From NCBI GenBank assembly GCA_964016885.1, contig OZ024740.1, positions 250,418,001-250,482,000 of the forward strand: a DNA stretch of 64,000 nucleotides, given 5' to 3'. The notes beneath the pieces are model-generated. The model was given only the letters and a program-made list of their open reading frames with translations. It had not been told where the DNA came from and did no database searches. The position numbers and the translations under genes are program-made. Below are positions 1-10,643 of the stretch, in pieces. The stretch comes from Eledone cirrhosa (taxonomy: Eukaryota). The number at the start of each line of letters is the position of its first letter. Within the stretch, counting starts at the first letter, position 1.

Positions 1-412
1 GGTGGTTCAGGATTGGAGGGGTACTTGAGTTACTCCTGGCTGGTTAGTGGTATTCTTTTGGGGTATTCTGTTGTTTATATTTTTGTTAATTGTTTTTGTT
101 ATCATTTTTTAACACAATTTTATGTAAAACCCCACTGTCCCCGACTTTGTATTGTCCTATACGTTCAGCCCTTGTGGAAACGAAAATCAATTGAGAGCAC
201 TTTCGGGTCGGGGCCCATGGACAACTTCCAGAAATCCCTGGCCTGGCAGTGCTACCGTGGAGCTTTGTCAGTTTGGGATAAACTCTATAGGCATGGAAGT
301 GCCATCAGCCGGGCCTGTCCGAGATGCATGTAAATCCTTTCTGGTTAATAAATGCATGTAAATCCTTTCTGGTTAATAAATGCATGTAAATCCTTTCTGG
401 TTAATAAAGAAA
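1..412 (+). mobile_element. Tx1/L1-clade LINE 3' remnant: 3' UTR, then a C-terminal ORF2 fragment, ending in a 28-bp tandem repeat x3
   Basis: 1-40 resembles 49405-49440 (ggtggttcaggatt...). 220-330 (DNFQKSLAWQCYRGAL..DKLYRHGSA..RACPRC) resembles 48900-48970 of the Tx1-like element. atgcatgtaaatcctttctggttaataa occurs three times at 324-407. Confidence 0.6.
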
Positions 413-454
413 TCATTAGTAAAGATTTTTATGGTATAATTTTATACAGAATAT

Positions 455-582
455 TCTTGCAGAGCAGATGTTCAACATAAACTCACAAGTCAGCAATGCT
501 TGGACATTAAATGAGTGTGTGCAGAATGGTCTTATTGCCCCATGTGCATCTTGGACAGGCCTGGCTGATGGAACTTCCACAC
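455..582 (-). mobile_element. Inverted fragment of the same Tx1-like ORF2 C-terminus
   Basis: The reverse complement tggaagttccatcagccaggcctgtccaagatgc matches 295-327 and continues like 48985-49050. Confidence 0.55.
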
Positions 583-844
583 CTGTAATGTTTTATTAAT
601 TCTGAAGATTCCAGTTATTGGTTCATATAATTAATTAATCAATAATTAAATATATGACCAGTAAGATATATGATATAATTAGCTGTATTTGTTCTTATTT
701 TCAATTACTCTCTCTCTATATATATATATAGTGAGTAATATTAAAAATTCCTCAATTACAAGTATGAATAGAGCTTGATGTAATATATGAAACAGTCGTT
801 AGTTATTAAATGTTTGAAAGATTAAATACTCTTTGATTATTATT

Positions 845-906
<62 letters not shown>

Positions 907-958
907 TGAAATAAGATAACAAGGACGATTGGTTACTCCTTCATTACGTTTATTGGTT

Positions 959-1036
959 GGTGACGCGCGTTTCGCCAGCTCTAGGTTCGATCTGTATCGA
1001 TCTAACCTGACTCTGTAATCCGCAGCTCGTCAGACC
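959..1036 (-). ncRNA. Type I hammerhead ribozyme, PLE type
   Basis: Minus strand reads GGT-CTGACGA-GCTG...TGGC-GAAA-CGCGCG-TC-ACC. Conserved core, 3-bp stem I, long stem II containing aggtt/aacct, palindromic stem III ACGCGCGT, GUC cleavage triplet. Confidence 0.75.
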
Positions 1037-1075
1037 CCGTGTAATGTTAATGGAAGAATATATATATATATATTT

Positions 1076-1165
1076 ATTTAATATACAAGTGGCTTCTACA
1101 GGACTAGAACTGTTTTATTCAGGAGAAACAGTTCTAATCCTGTAGAAGCCATTTCTATATTAAAT
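1076..1165. repeat. Fold-back inverted repeat with arms of about 36-40 bp
   Basis: tggcttctacaggactagaactgttt pairs with aaacagttctaatcctgtagaagcca around a 10-nt loop. Confidence 0.8.
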
Positions 1166-1277
1166 ATTTATTCTCTGCTATGTATTGAGTACCTTACTTA
1201 TTGTGGTTACCCCCGATTGAACTCAGGATAAACTTATATATATATATATATATAAGTATACAAACATATATATATAT

Positions 1278-2244
1278 ACACAAACATAAATTATCGAGAT
1301 TCGCATTTCGGCCCACGAAATAACGAAAAACAACCTCCGAGATGTGTGGCAAGTGCTCAATGATTCAGATGAACCAGAGCTATAACAAACGTTAAAGGCC
1401 AAACACAATGAGACGATGGTCAAACAATCATTCGCATATCCAAAAAAAAACGATCAAGTAATTCGGGTATTGAAAAATTTACCCGGACCCCTGGAAGGTT
1501 GGCAAAATCCAGTATTTGGGTTTCTGCGGCTCCTAAATCAAATACCGTCCGCTTACATAAATAATGTCAGGCTTCTGGTAAGATGATTGAACAAGGAAGC
1601 CACTTTCTCAACAGGTTTTAGTTCAATGTTAATACAAGGACTGACTATTGCTGACTCCACGTGGGGATCGGCAAGGGAGGAAGCCCCTATATTAGGCGAA
1701 TAAATTCAGTTGTGTATATTTTTGCAAGAATGCCAAAACATCACAAATCGAATAGAGTTCTCAACAGAAGGGTTAAAATTAACATAAGCTATTCATCAGT
1801 CAATAGAATCAACTAAAAAATCAAGAAAATTAACTGGTCAATAGCTAGAGTCTGGATATAAATACAAACATAAATTATCGAGATTCGCATTTCGGCCCAC
1901 GAAATAACGAAAAACAACCTCCGAGATGTGTGGCAAGTGCTCAATGATTCAGATGAACCAGAGCTATAACAAACGTTAAAGGTCAAACACACTGAGACGA
2001 TGGTCAAACAATCATTCGCATATCCAAAAAAACGATCAAGTAATTCGGCTATTGAAAAATTTACCCGGACCTCTGGAAGGTTGGTAAAATCCAGTATTTG
2101 GGTTTCTGCGGCTCCTAAATCAAGTACATAAATAATGTCAAGCTTCTGGTAAGATGATTGAACAAGGAAGCCACTTTCTCAACAGGTTTTAGTTCAATGT
2201 TAATACAAGGACTGACTATTGTTGACTCCACGTGGGGATTGGCA
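1278..2244. repeat. Direct duplication of a ~390-bp unit (1278-1674 and 1864-2244), possibly PLE pseudo-LTRs
   Basis: Near-identical text from acaaacataaattatcgagattcgc to ctccacgtggggat.ggcaa. The second copy has a ~12-bp deletion. Twin ORFs at 1223-1423 and 1813-2007. Confidence 0.85.
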
Positions 2245-2600
2245 AATACATAAATATATATATCAAACCCCGGGTGAGCTAAACATGGTCCTCTGACTTA
2301 ATTTTCTCCCTAAGGGTCAACCTATCTTACCCATGCTATAGTGTGGAAGACGATGATGATGATGATGATGTATATACAGTGTGTGCTGGGTGCTTTTTCT
2401 CGTGACACCTACACGACCACTTTACAATGTTGGCTGGATGTTTTGTGGTACCAACATAATATATATATATCATCATCATCATCATCATCATCATCAACGT
2501 TTAACGTCCGTGTTCCACGCTTGCATGGGTTTGGACGGGGCTAGTCCCACTTGAGGCAAGAGTGATTGTCTTGCTCGCATATATATATATATATATATAT

Positions 2601-3053
2601 GCGAGCTATAAGCTTAGATTAGTTGTAGGTAGGAGACTACTGACAATCATCTCGGTCTATGCTCCCCAAGCAGGCCTAGGCAAAGATGAGAAAGACTGCT
2701 TTTATGAGCAACTTTTGCAAACAACCACAATGACAGAGGACGGAGACATCGTTATGCTAGCAGGAGACTTCAATGGTCATGTTGGACAGCTCCAGGATGG
2801 TTACACTGGGGTACATGGTGGGCACGGTTACGGTTCAAGAAATGAAGAAGGAGTGAGACTTCTTGAATTTTGTGATGCAAGTACATTGACTATTTGCAAC
2901 ACAAACTTCCAGAAACCTGCCAATCACCTAATAACCTACAAATCTGGTGAGCACATAAGCCAGATTGACTTCCTGCTAGTTAGGCAGCGGGACAGGCAGA
3001 TAGTGTCTAATACCAAGGCATACCCTGGGGAAGAATGTACCCCCACAGCATAG
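2601..3053 (+). pseudogene. RTE APE endonuclease, C-terminal half, joined to the RT ORF across a +1 frameshift
   Basis: Removing one C from the C5 run at 3040-3044 gives ECTPQHRLVVSDI... in frame with ORF 3109-5397. Confidence 0.85.
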
Positions 3054-3108
3054 GTTAGTTGTTAGTGATATCTCAGTAAGCAAGAGATGGAATGAGACAT
3101 ATAGGAAG

Positions 3109-5397
3109 GTGTGGAGAAGAAAGGTCTGGAAGCTAAAAGACCTTTCACTAAAATTCAAATTTAGGAAAGCCCTTCAAGATGTATATGACGAAAAAGAAGA
3201 CGATTTAGAGACGTATGACATAGATAATAACTGGAAGTTCTTACGTGACAACTTGCTGAAGGCTACTGATGAAACCTGTGGCTGGAGCAGAGCTCCAACC
3301 AGACAGAGAGTGACCTGGTGGTGGAACAGCAGTGTAGATAAGGCTATTAGAGACAAAAGACTAGCATGGAAGGCTTGGAATAAGGGTGGGAGTAGGGAAG
3401 AATATACAGCCACTAAGAGAGAAGCTAGACGTCAGGTGTACTTAGCACGCAGGGAGGCAGAGAGTAGGAGGTTTGCCAATGTTCTGCGACGGGAAGATCA
3501 GAGGCGTGCGGTGTTCCACATTGCAAGGCAGTGTGTCAATGCAAATCAGGATGTTGTTGGTGATAAATGTGTCCGGGATGATGCCGGTGTACTTAGTGTC
3601 ACGAATGACCAGAAAAAGGAGGCCTGGAAATGTCATTATGAGAGACTGATGAATGTGGAGAACGAATGGGAGAGAGAGAAATTACCCTTGGTAGATCCGA
3701 CAGAGGGACCAGCTATTGAGATTGACGAATATAGGGTCCAAGAGGCGATTAGGGAAATGAAAAATGGTAAGGCGGCCGGACCATCGGGAATAGTTGCTGA
3801 GATGCTGAAGGCATCAGGGGACGTAGGCACTAAACTGGTTGCACGCATAATCAATCAGGCTATATATGGTGGTGTCATACCCAAAGACTGGTGCAGCAGT
3901 ATTCTCATAAATTGCTACAAAGGTAAAGGGGATGCTTTGGAGAGGAGCAATTATAGGGGTATAAAACTGATAGATCAGGTTATGAAAGTGGCAGAAAGGA
4001 TTCTAGCACAACTAATTAGAGAAAGGGTCAAACTAGATGAGATGCAGTTTGGTTTTGTGCCTGGGAAGAGTACAACAGATGCCCTCTTCTTGGTGAGACA
4101 AATGCAAGAGAGGTTCTTAGAGAAGAATAAGCCACTATACTTAGCCTTTGTTGACCTAGAGAAGGCATTTGATAGGGTACCCCGATCTGTCATCTGGTGG
4201 TCCCTAAGGAAGCTGGGTGTTGAGGAATGGCTTGTAAGGACAGTGCAAACTTTGTACAGAGGTACTCTCAGTAAAGTCAGGGTAGGAATGGAGTTTAGTG
4301 AGGAATTCCAGATACAAGTAGGAGTACATCAGGGTTCGGTCCTCAGCCCGCTCTTGTTCATTATAGTCCTCCAAGCCATAACAGAGGAGTTTAAGACTGG
4401 CTGTCCATGGGAACTTCTCTATGCTGACGATCTGGCTCTTATGGCAGAATCAGTAGAGGAGCTAGAGAATAAATTCCGGCTATGGAAACAGCAGTTGGAA
4501 GCAAGAGGACTGAGAGTAAATCTAGCTAAGACAAAAGTGTTGATGAGTAGAAAAGAGGACAAAACCCTGATTCCGTCAGGGAAATGGCCATGTTCGATAT
4601 GCAGAAAAGGAACTGGCATAAATTCTATAAAATGCACACAATGTAGGTCCTGGGTACACAAGAGATGTAGCGGGATAGCAGGCAAACTAACAGGTAGGGA
4701 GAAATATGTATGCAGTAGATGTACAGGGAAATTAGACAGTAGAAGTCGCACTGATAGACACATTTTTCAAATGCGAGAGGGCGCTATAGAAGTGGTGGAT
4801 AGCTTCCGGTACCTAGGAGATCAGATTAGCATGGGAGGAGGGTGTTCCGAGGCCATAGTATCTAGAATAAGGACGGGTTGGAAGAAGTTTAGGGAGCTGC
4901 TTCCTCTGTTGACGAAGAAGGGTTTCTCCCTGCGTACGAAAGGCCGGTTGTATGATGCCTGTGTGAGGAGCGCGATGCTGCATGGTAGTGAGACATGGGC
5001 AGCTACCGCAGAAGATATGCGACGGCTGGAGAGAAATGAGGCAAGCATGCTCCGTTGGATGTGCAGTGTAAATGTGCGTGAACGACCCAGCATAAATGTG
5101 TTGAGAGAGAAACTGTGTCTGAGAGGGATAGAATGTAGTGTACGGGAGAGGAGACTGAGGTGGTATGGACATGTGATGCGCATGGAGGATGACCGATGGG
5201 TGAAGAAGTGCCAGGAAATGCCAGTTGAAGGAAGACGTGGTAGAGGTAGACCACGAAAAACATGGGCGGAGGTGGTGAGAACAGACCTCAGATCATTGAA
5301 GCGCACGGTGGAGATGACGAGGGACCGTGACGAGTGGAGAGATGCTGTGCTGAATAAGACCCGTCCCACCCTTGCAAGCAGGGAAAAGCGGACGTAA
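3109..5397 (+). CDS. RTE reverse transcriptase (762 aa open) with an internal PHD-like zinc finger
   Basis: KAAGPSG, NYRGIKL, QFGF, FVDLEKAFDRV, GVHQGSVLSPLLF, LYADD, FRYLG, RRLRWYGHV, RGRPRKTW. C4HC3 motif at 4591-4722. Confidence 0.95.
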   Translation: MWRRKVWKLKDLSLKFKFRKALQDVYDEKEDDLETYDIDNNWKFLRDNLLKATDETCGWSRAPTRQRVTWWWNSSVDKAIRDKRLAWKAWNKGGSREEYTATKREARRQVYLARREAESRRFANVLRREDQRRAVFHIARQCVNANQDVVGDKCVRDDAGVLSVTNDQKKEAWKCHYERLMNVENEWEREKLPLVDPTEGPAIEIDEYRVQEAIREMKNGKAAGPSGIVAEMLKASGDVGTKLVARIINQAIYGGVIPKDWCSSILINCYKGKGDALERSNYRGIKLIDQVMKVAERILAQLIRERVKLDEMQFGFVPGKSTTDALFLVRQMQERFLEKNKPLYLAFVDLEKAFDRVPRSVIWWSLRKLGVEEWLVRTVQTLYRGTLSKVRVGMEFSEEFQIQVGVHQGSVLSPLLFIIVLQAITEEFKTGCPWELLYADDLALMAESVEELENKFRLWKQQLEARGLRVNLAKTKVLMSRKEDKTLIPSGKWPCSICRKGTGINSIKCTQCRSWVHKRCSGIAGKLTGREKYVCSRCTGKLDSRSRTDRHIFQMREGAIEVVDSFRYLGDQISMGGGCSEAIVSRIRTGWKKFRELLPLLTKKGFSLRTKGRLYDACVRSAMLHGSETWAATAEDMRRLERNEASMLRWMCSVNVRERPSINVLREKLCLRGIECSVRERRLRWYGHVMRMEDDRWVKKCQEMPVEGRRGRGRPRKTWAEVVRTDLRSLKRTVEMTRDRDEWRDAVLNKTRPTLASREKRT

Positions 5398-5421
5398 AAT
5401 GATGATGATGATGATGATGAT

Positions 5422-5636
5422 ATATTATGTTGGTACCACAAAACATCCAGCCAACATTGTAAAGTGGTCGTGTAGGTGTCACGAGAAAAAGCACCCAGCC
5501 CACACACCCAGAAACAGTCCTATATGAGCGAGACACGGTCACCCGACTCAACTTGCCTCTAAATCGGACAAACCTGTCTAACCCATGCTAGCGTGGAAGA
5601 TAGACGTTAAGTGATGATGATGATGATGATGATGAT
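5422..5636 (+). mobile_element. Non-autonomous RTE-tail element (SINE-like or 3' UTR fragment)
   Basis: One 48-bp repeat unit, then acccatgctagcgtggaagatagacgttaa and (tga)n. The same module recurs many times in the window. Confidence 0.7.
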
Positions 5637-5808
5637 ATATATATATATAAATTTATAACTCTACTAAGTTAACTACCTCTAATACAGTCTATCTTATATA
5701 TATATATATATATATACATACACATAGATAGAGTTTATTTTACACATACATGTACATATACATACATACAACTACAGTCATGTTGAATAACTGGTTATTC
5801 TTCTAACT

Positions 5809-5850
5809 ATATCTTCTGAAGACACGTTTTATTCGAATTCGTAGAGATAT
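5809..5850 (+). ncRNA. Decayed minimal hammerhead-like motif just 5' of the R4-like ORF
   Basis: ATATCTT-CTGAAGA-...-GAAT-TCG-TA-GAGATAT. A 7-bp stem I brackets the core exactly, but GAAA and stem II are imperfect. Confidence 0.4.
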
Positions 5851-5859
5851 CCAACTAAA

Positions 5860-8800
5860 TAGATAATTCATTTTACAAGGATTTGCTACAAACACAATGG
5901 CTGAACACAACATCAACAACAAAATTAAGGAAGTATCGAAGGCAAGCAACGAGAAAGGTAAACAAACTTTATTCAGTTGTAGCTACAGAAGAAACCGAAA
6001 TTATAAATCGCATTTCTCTTGGAGTTGCGAATTTAATTATTTATTTAATTGTTATAAAATGGCAAAAAACAATCCCTCCATTGGCTATATGAACAGAATG
6101 AAGCTACACTGGGACGAAATGCACCCAGAGCTAAATCACTTCACAGCCAAACAATTACATCAACAAGCGACGTTTGTTGAACGTAAAAATAAGATAAATA
6201 TTATTAATTGTAAGTCCCCACAACAAACATGGGATCAACAACATGTGCTACAGGTTGCCATGTTACTAGACTTCCTAACAGCCAGCTTGAACAGCGCCTT
6301 GAAACAACTATGCCTGTAAGAAACTTGACACCACCTGTACCATCTAAGTCTACCTCGATAATGATAATAATCGATAATGATAACTATCGATAATGATAAT
6401 AATCGAAGAAATTTTACACCGCGTGTACCATCCGAGTCTACCTCGACTGTTGTGGAAAACACTATCGATAATGATAATAATCAAAAGTATAAACAATTGA
6501 AAATTTCCCTCAACGAAATCTTCCAGAGAGAAATTAATTCATGTATAAATATCTCTCTTGCTGAATGTATTAAAACGACAATGTTTAATAAAAAATTAAA
6601 AAATAATAATAATTGTTTCTACTTTAGGCACAAGGCCAGCAATTATCCCAGTGCGTTACTGGTACTTTATTTTATCGACCCCGTAAGGATGAAAGGCAAA
6701 GTCAACTTCGGCGGGAAAAAACAAATAATGAAATATTACATGTTATTGACGAAATAAGGGATGCATATTTACGACGGATAAAAGCCCCAACATTTTGGCA
6801 AATCAACGCCTGTTTATATGCCTTAGCAACGACAGTGAAGCAGTATCTTGGTGATAGCAGAGATATTAACCAGAACAAAACACCACCAAAAATACCATCA
6901 TATATAACTAAAATAGAAAAAAAGATTGCTGACCTACGAAAAACCATAGGATATGTGACAATGCTCCTTACATGCAAACAAACAAAAAAAAAACCTCTCC
7001 TCACCAACAAAGAGTGAAAAATAAAATAGAGACGATGTTTGGTAACAGTAGAACCAGAACTCTTTAATATAAGCTGATCACCCTCAAACAAGAATTGAGA
7101 GCTGTTAGGGAAAAACGCTGATACCTGAAGAAGGTAGATGAGAGAAAAGTGCTTAATAAAAGATTCAGACGAAACCAAACACCAGTCTATAGAGGCATGA
7201 AGAACAAAATAATAAGTGTCACTGAGGCCCCATCCCAGGAAGACAGATTCCTTTTGGAGCAAAATATAGGGTGAAAAGAAGAATTTCAACCATGATGCAG
7301 TGTGGCTAAGAGAAATTCGAAAGAATTATTGCTCCTACACTACAACAAAAACATACGAAATAAGTGAGGGTACCCTTGAGACTGTGATAGGAAAACACCA
7401 GGAAGAGACATGATTGTCGGCTACTGGTACAAAAAACTGATATTCTATCGGAGGTATCTTACTGACCTCTACCAACAAGTTCTTAAGGGAGATACACTTA
7501 TACCAGAATGGTTGACATTAGCACAAATATTACTGGTCCTCAAGAACAAAGACACCCACTTGGCAAAAAACTACCGACCCATTGCATGCCAGAACCTGAT
7601 GTATAAAATGTATACAGCCTCCCTGAACCTATTCCTCCAAGATCACTGTGAAAATAATAACATCATCACAGATGAACAAGCAGCTGGAAAGAAAGGGGTT
7701 TGGGGATGTGCTGAACAACTCCTAATCAACAAAACTGCGATGTCGGAGGTGCGACAACTTAGGAGGAATATGGCTACAGTCTGGATGGACTACAGGAAAG
7801 CTTTCGATTCTGTTCCCCACTCTTGGATGATAGGGGCCCTCCAACTTGCTAAAGTCCCAGACATTATTGTCAGAGCCATAGAGAGGCTGTCTTCTTGGGT
7901 TACTATCCTAAGGTTAAAGACAGAGAGGGAGGACTCTATTTTCACTGATAAAATAATGCAGGGGTATATTTCAGGGAGACAGTCTCTCTGTGATATTCAT
8001 CTTGTCATTAAAACCTTGTCCTTTCTGCTCAAGATATGTGAGGGATACATCATTGGCTCACAGGAGGACAGAAATACGAAACTAACCCATAATTTCTTTA
8101 TGGATGATCTGAAACTCTATGCCAAGAACATGGATGGGATGAAGAAAAATCTTGACCTGGTTACAACGTTCTCAAAGGATGTAGGAATGGAGTTTGGCCA
8201 AGATAAATGCTCATACATGACTGTAAAGCGGAGAATAACAAACAACCCAATCTAGCAACATTGTCATCAATGGCCTAACTGTTTCACTGATATCTGATGA
8301 GGACTGCTACTGATACCTGGGGATAGATGAGAACATATCCTATAATGGTATCTGTAATAAGGAACGCGTAACCAGGAAATACTACACCCGATAAAGAAAG
8401 ATTTGTTCATCGGAACTCTCTGCGCAAAACAAAACAGTGGCTCACAATGTGTTTGCTGTGCCTGTCCTAACACCAATGTTTGGAATACTCAATTGGACGA
8501 TAGACGAAATCCAAGCAGTTGATGTTGGAACTCGAAATATACTAAACAACACCGGAAACTTCCACATCAACAGTGACATAGACTGTCTTTACTTGAAACA
8601 TAAGCAGGGAGGCAGAGGCCTAACATCAGTCCAGAGAGCATATGAATGTCGCATCATATCCCTCCGACAACATCTACAAACCTCGAAACGTAGGAGCCCG
8701 TCTCTCGAGCAAGTCTATCTGCATGAAACAGATCAGATCATGAAAGTTGGGAAGGAACTCCTCGAGAGATATTCCCTGTGTGATAATCAAAAACTCACAC

Positions 8801-9845
8801 CCAGGGAAGTCGCTCAGCAGTATCGCAGTGAATCCATGGATGAAAAACTGCATGCTTATCAGCAAAAAATCATGCATGGATATGTTGCCAGGAAGCTCCA
8901 GAGTGAGAGTAATATAGATAAGGAAAGTAGTCTATCTTGGACCAACAACCGCTATATTGGCTCCCACTTTGCAATCCAAGAACAGGAAATTAACACGAAA
9001 TACCTGATTCACAAAAGAGATAGGGATGCAGGCAAAACACCTAGATGTGATAACAAGTGCAGACTCTGCAGAACTAACATCGAGGATATCAACCATGTCA
9101 TCAGCAGCTGTCCAAAGATGTCATCGCGGTACTATCTACCTATGAGGTATGATGTAGTGGCCAAAACACTGTACAATGCAGTCTGATAATAAGCACATTA
9201 AAAGCTACAGCAATGTGGAAGACATCCACGTACATAATATGAAAGAGTACTGGTGGAATGTTCCAGTAAAAACCCCCATAAAATGCAGGCATAACAGACC
9301 AGATATTATGATATGGGACAGGTAGAAGAAAGCATGCACAGTAGTGGAAGTTAGCTGTCCAGCAGATGCCAATATAATATCAAAGATTAGCGAAAAGGAG
9401 AATATTTATGCAGAACTGATGAGAAATCTGCAGATACTCCACCCTGATTACACCTTCAGATTTATGCCTGTGATTATTGGGGCACTGAGATATGTTAGTA
9501 AGTGCCTCAATACAAATCTTGAGAAGCTAGGCTTCACAGGAACAGAAAGAACACAACTAGTTAGGAAATTACAAGTACAATCCATTAATGGAACAGTAAA
9601 AATATGTAAAACATTCCAAAAATGTTGCATCTAATAACTGCATATACACATGTACAGATACAAAGCATATACACATGCACACATACAATTCAAAACATAC
9701 ACATCCATATCTACACATGCATGCATGCTTACATAATCTACCTAGTTGATGTTGTGTAAATTCCAATGAGAGAGCCTAGTATCTATGCTAGAAATCGACT
9801 CTCTCTCTATTGGGAAAAAATTTGTGAAATTATATAACCAGAACA
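5860..9845 (+). mobile_element. Decayed, near full-length R4/Dong-like (R2-group) non-LTR retrotransposon with a restriction-like endonuclease
   Basis: RT fragments (KNYRPIAC, WMDYRKAFDSVPH, IFQGDSL, HNFFMDDLKLYA, GGRGL), a CCHC finger (CRLC...HVISSC), and RLE motifs RPDIMIWD...VVEVSCP. Many stops and frameshifts. 3' hairpin at 9763-9813. Confidence 0.85.
6608..6715 (-). mobile_element. Truncated SINE inserted in the R4-like element
   Basis: Reverse complement of cccgccgaagttgactttgcctttcatccttacggggtcgataaaataaagtaccag, with an (att)n tail. Confidence 0.85.
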
Positions 9846-10538
9846 TACATACATATATATGTATATATTAATTTACAACTCTATAAAGTTAACTGTCTCT
9901 AATATATAGACATCTCAATCAAAGGACAAAATATATTAATTAATTAATAAAATATTTATCCACACAGAAAAGTATTAAAATATATTAAACGTGAGCCCAA
10001 ATCTCATTTTGGGGGAATATAAGTTAAATCGGCTAAAAAAAAATTAATTTTATCTTGTATAATTTCCCAACCATGGTCTCTGAATTGCAAGATACAACAC
10101 CGGGAATTCCAAGACATTGGAATAACCAATATTAGAAAAATTGAAGTTTCTTCCATCAGGAGGTGAATTCTCTATAAGAATAAGGGGACATGGTGAAAAT
10201 ATATAATATATGGTAAAGAAGGTGTATTGTTGAATAACTATTTGAATATGCTCCATACAAAGGGTCAAGCTGAATATATATCATATAAACCATGCTGTTT
10301 GTAGACCACATGGGAAAGCAACATAACACAACGCTGAATTATTGAATGAAAATTTTCTACTCAATGTATCAGGACAATACGACGGGCTTATATCGACGCT
10401 AAAAATAGCAGCCAAAAACCATCTAAATCAGCTCATACAATGATGGAGCAGTCAATATTGATTTATAACTCTACAAATTAACTGTCTTTAATACAGTTTA
10501 TTTTATATACACACATACACTCACACACACACACATGC

Positions 10539-10571
<33 letters not shown>

Positions 10572-10643
10572 TAGATAAATAAATATGTATGTGTAAGTGT
10601 AAAGGGTCTTGTCTTATCTTGTAATTAACTACAAATGATAACA

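Larger units (their letters stand above)
2601..5421 (+). mobile_element. Young, 5'-truncated RTE-clade LINE (family A) with a (GAT)n tail
   Basis: APE endonuclease motifs (SVYAPQ, GDFNGHVG, NTNFQK, SQIDF), an RT ORF, then cccttgcaagcagggaaaagcggacgtaaa followed by (tga)n. Confidence 0.95.

Noticed and set aside
596-682. CTGAAGA with a downstream hairpin
   Set aside because: No GAAA, and the pairing is AT-rich and expected by chance. Lone CTGATGA at ~1793, 17501, 41472 and 61440 were rejected for the same reason.
4821-5507. Antisense ORFs over the RTE copies
   Set aside because: Shadow frames of RT coding sequence.
8294-8310. CTGATGAG hammerhead core
   Set aside because: Inside R4 coding sequence, with no GAAA or stem partners.
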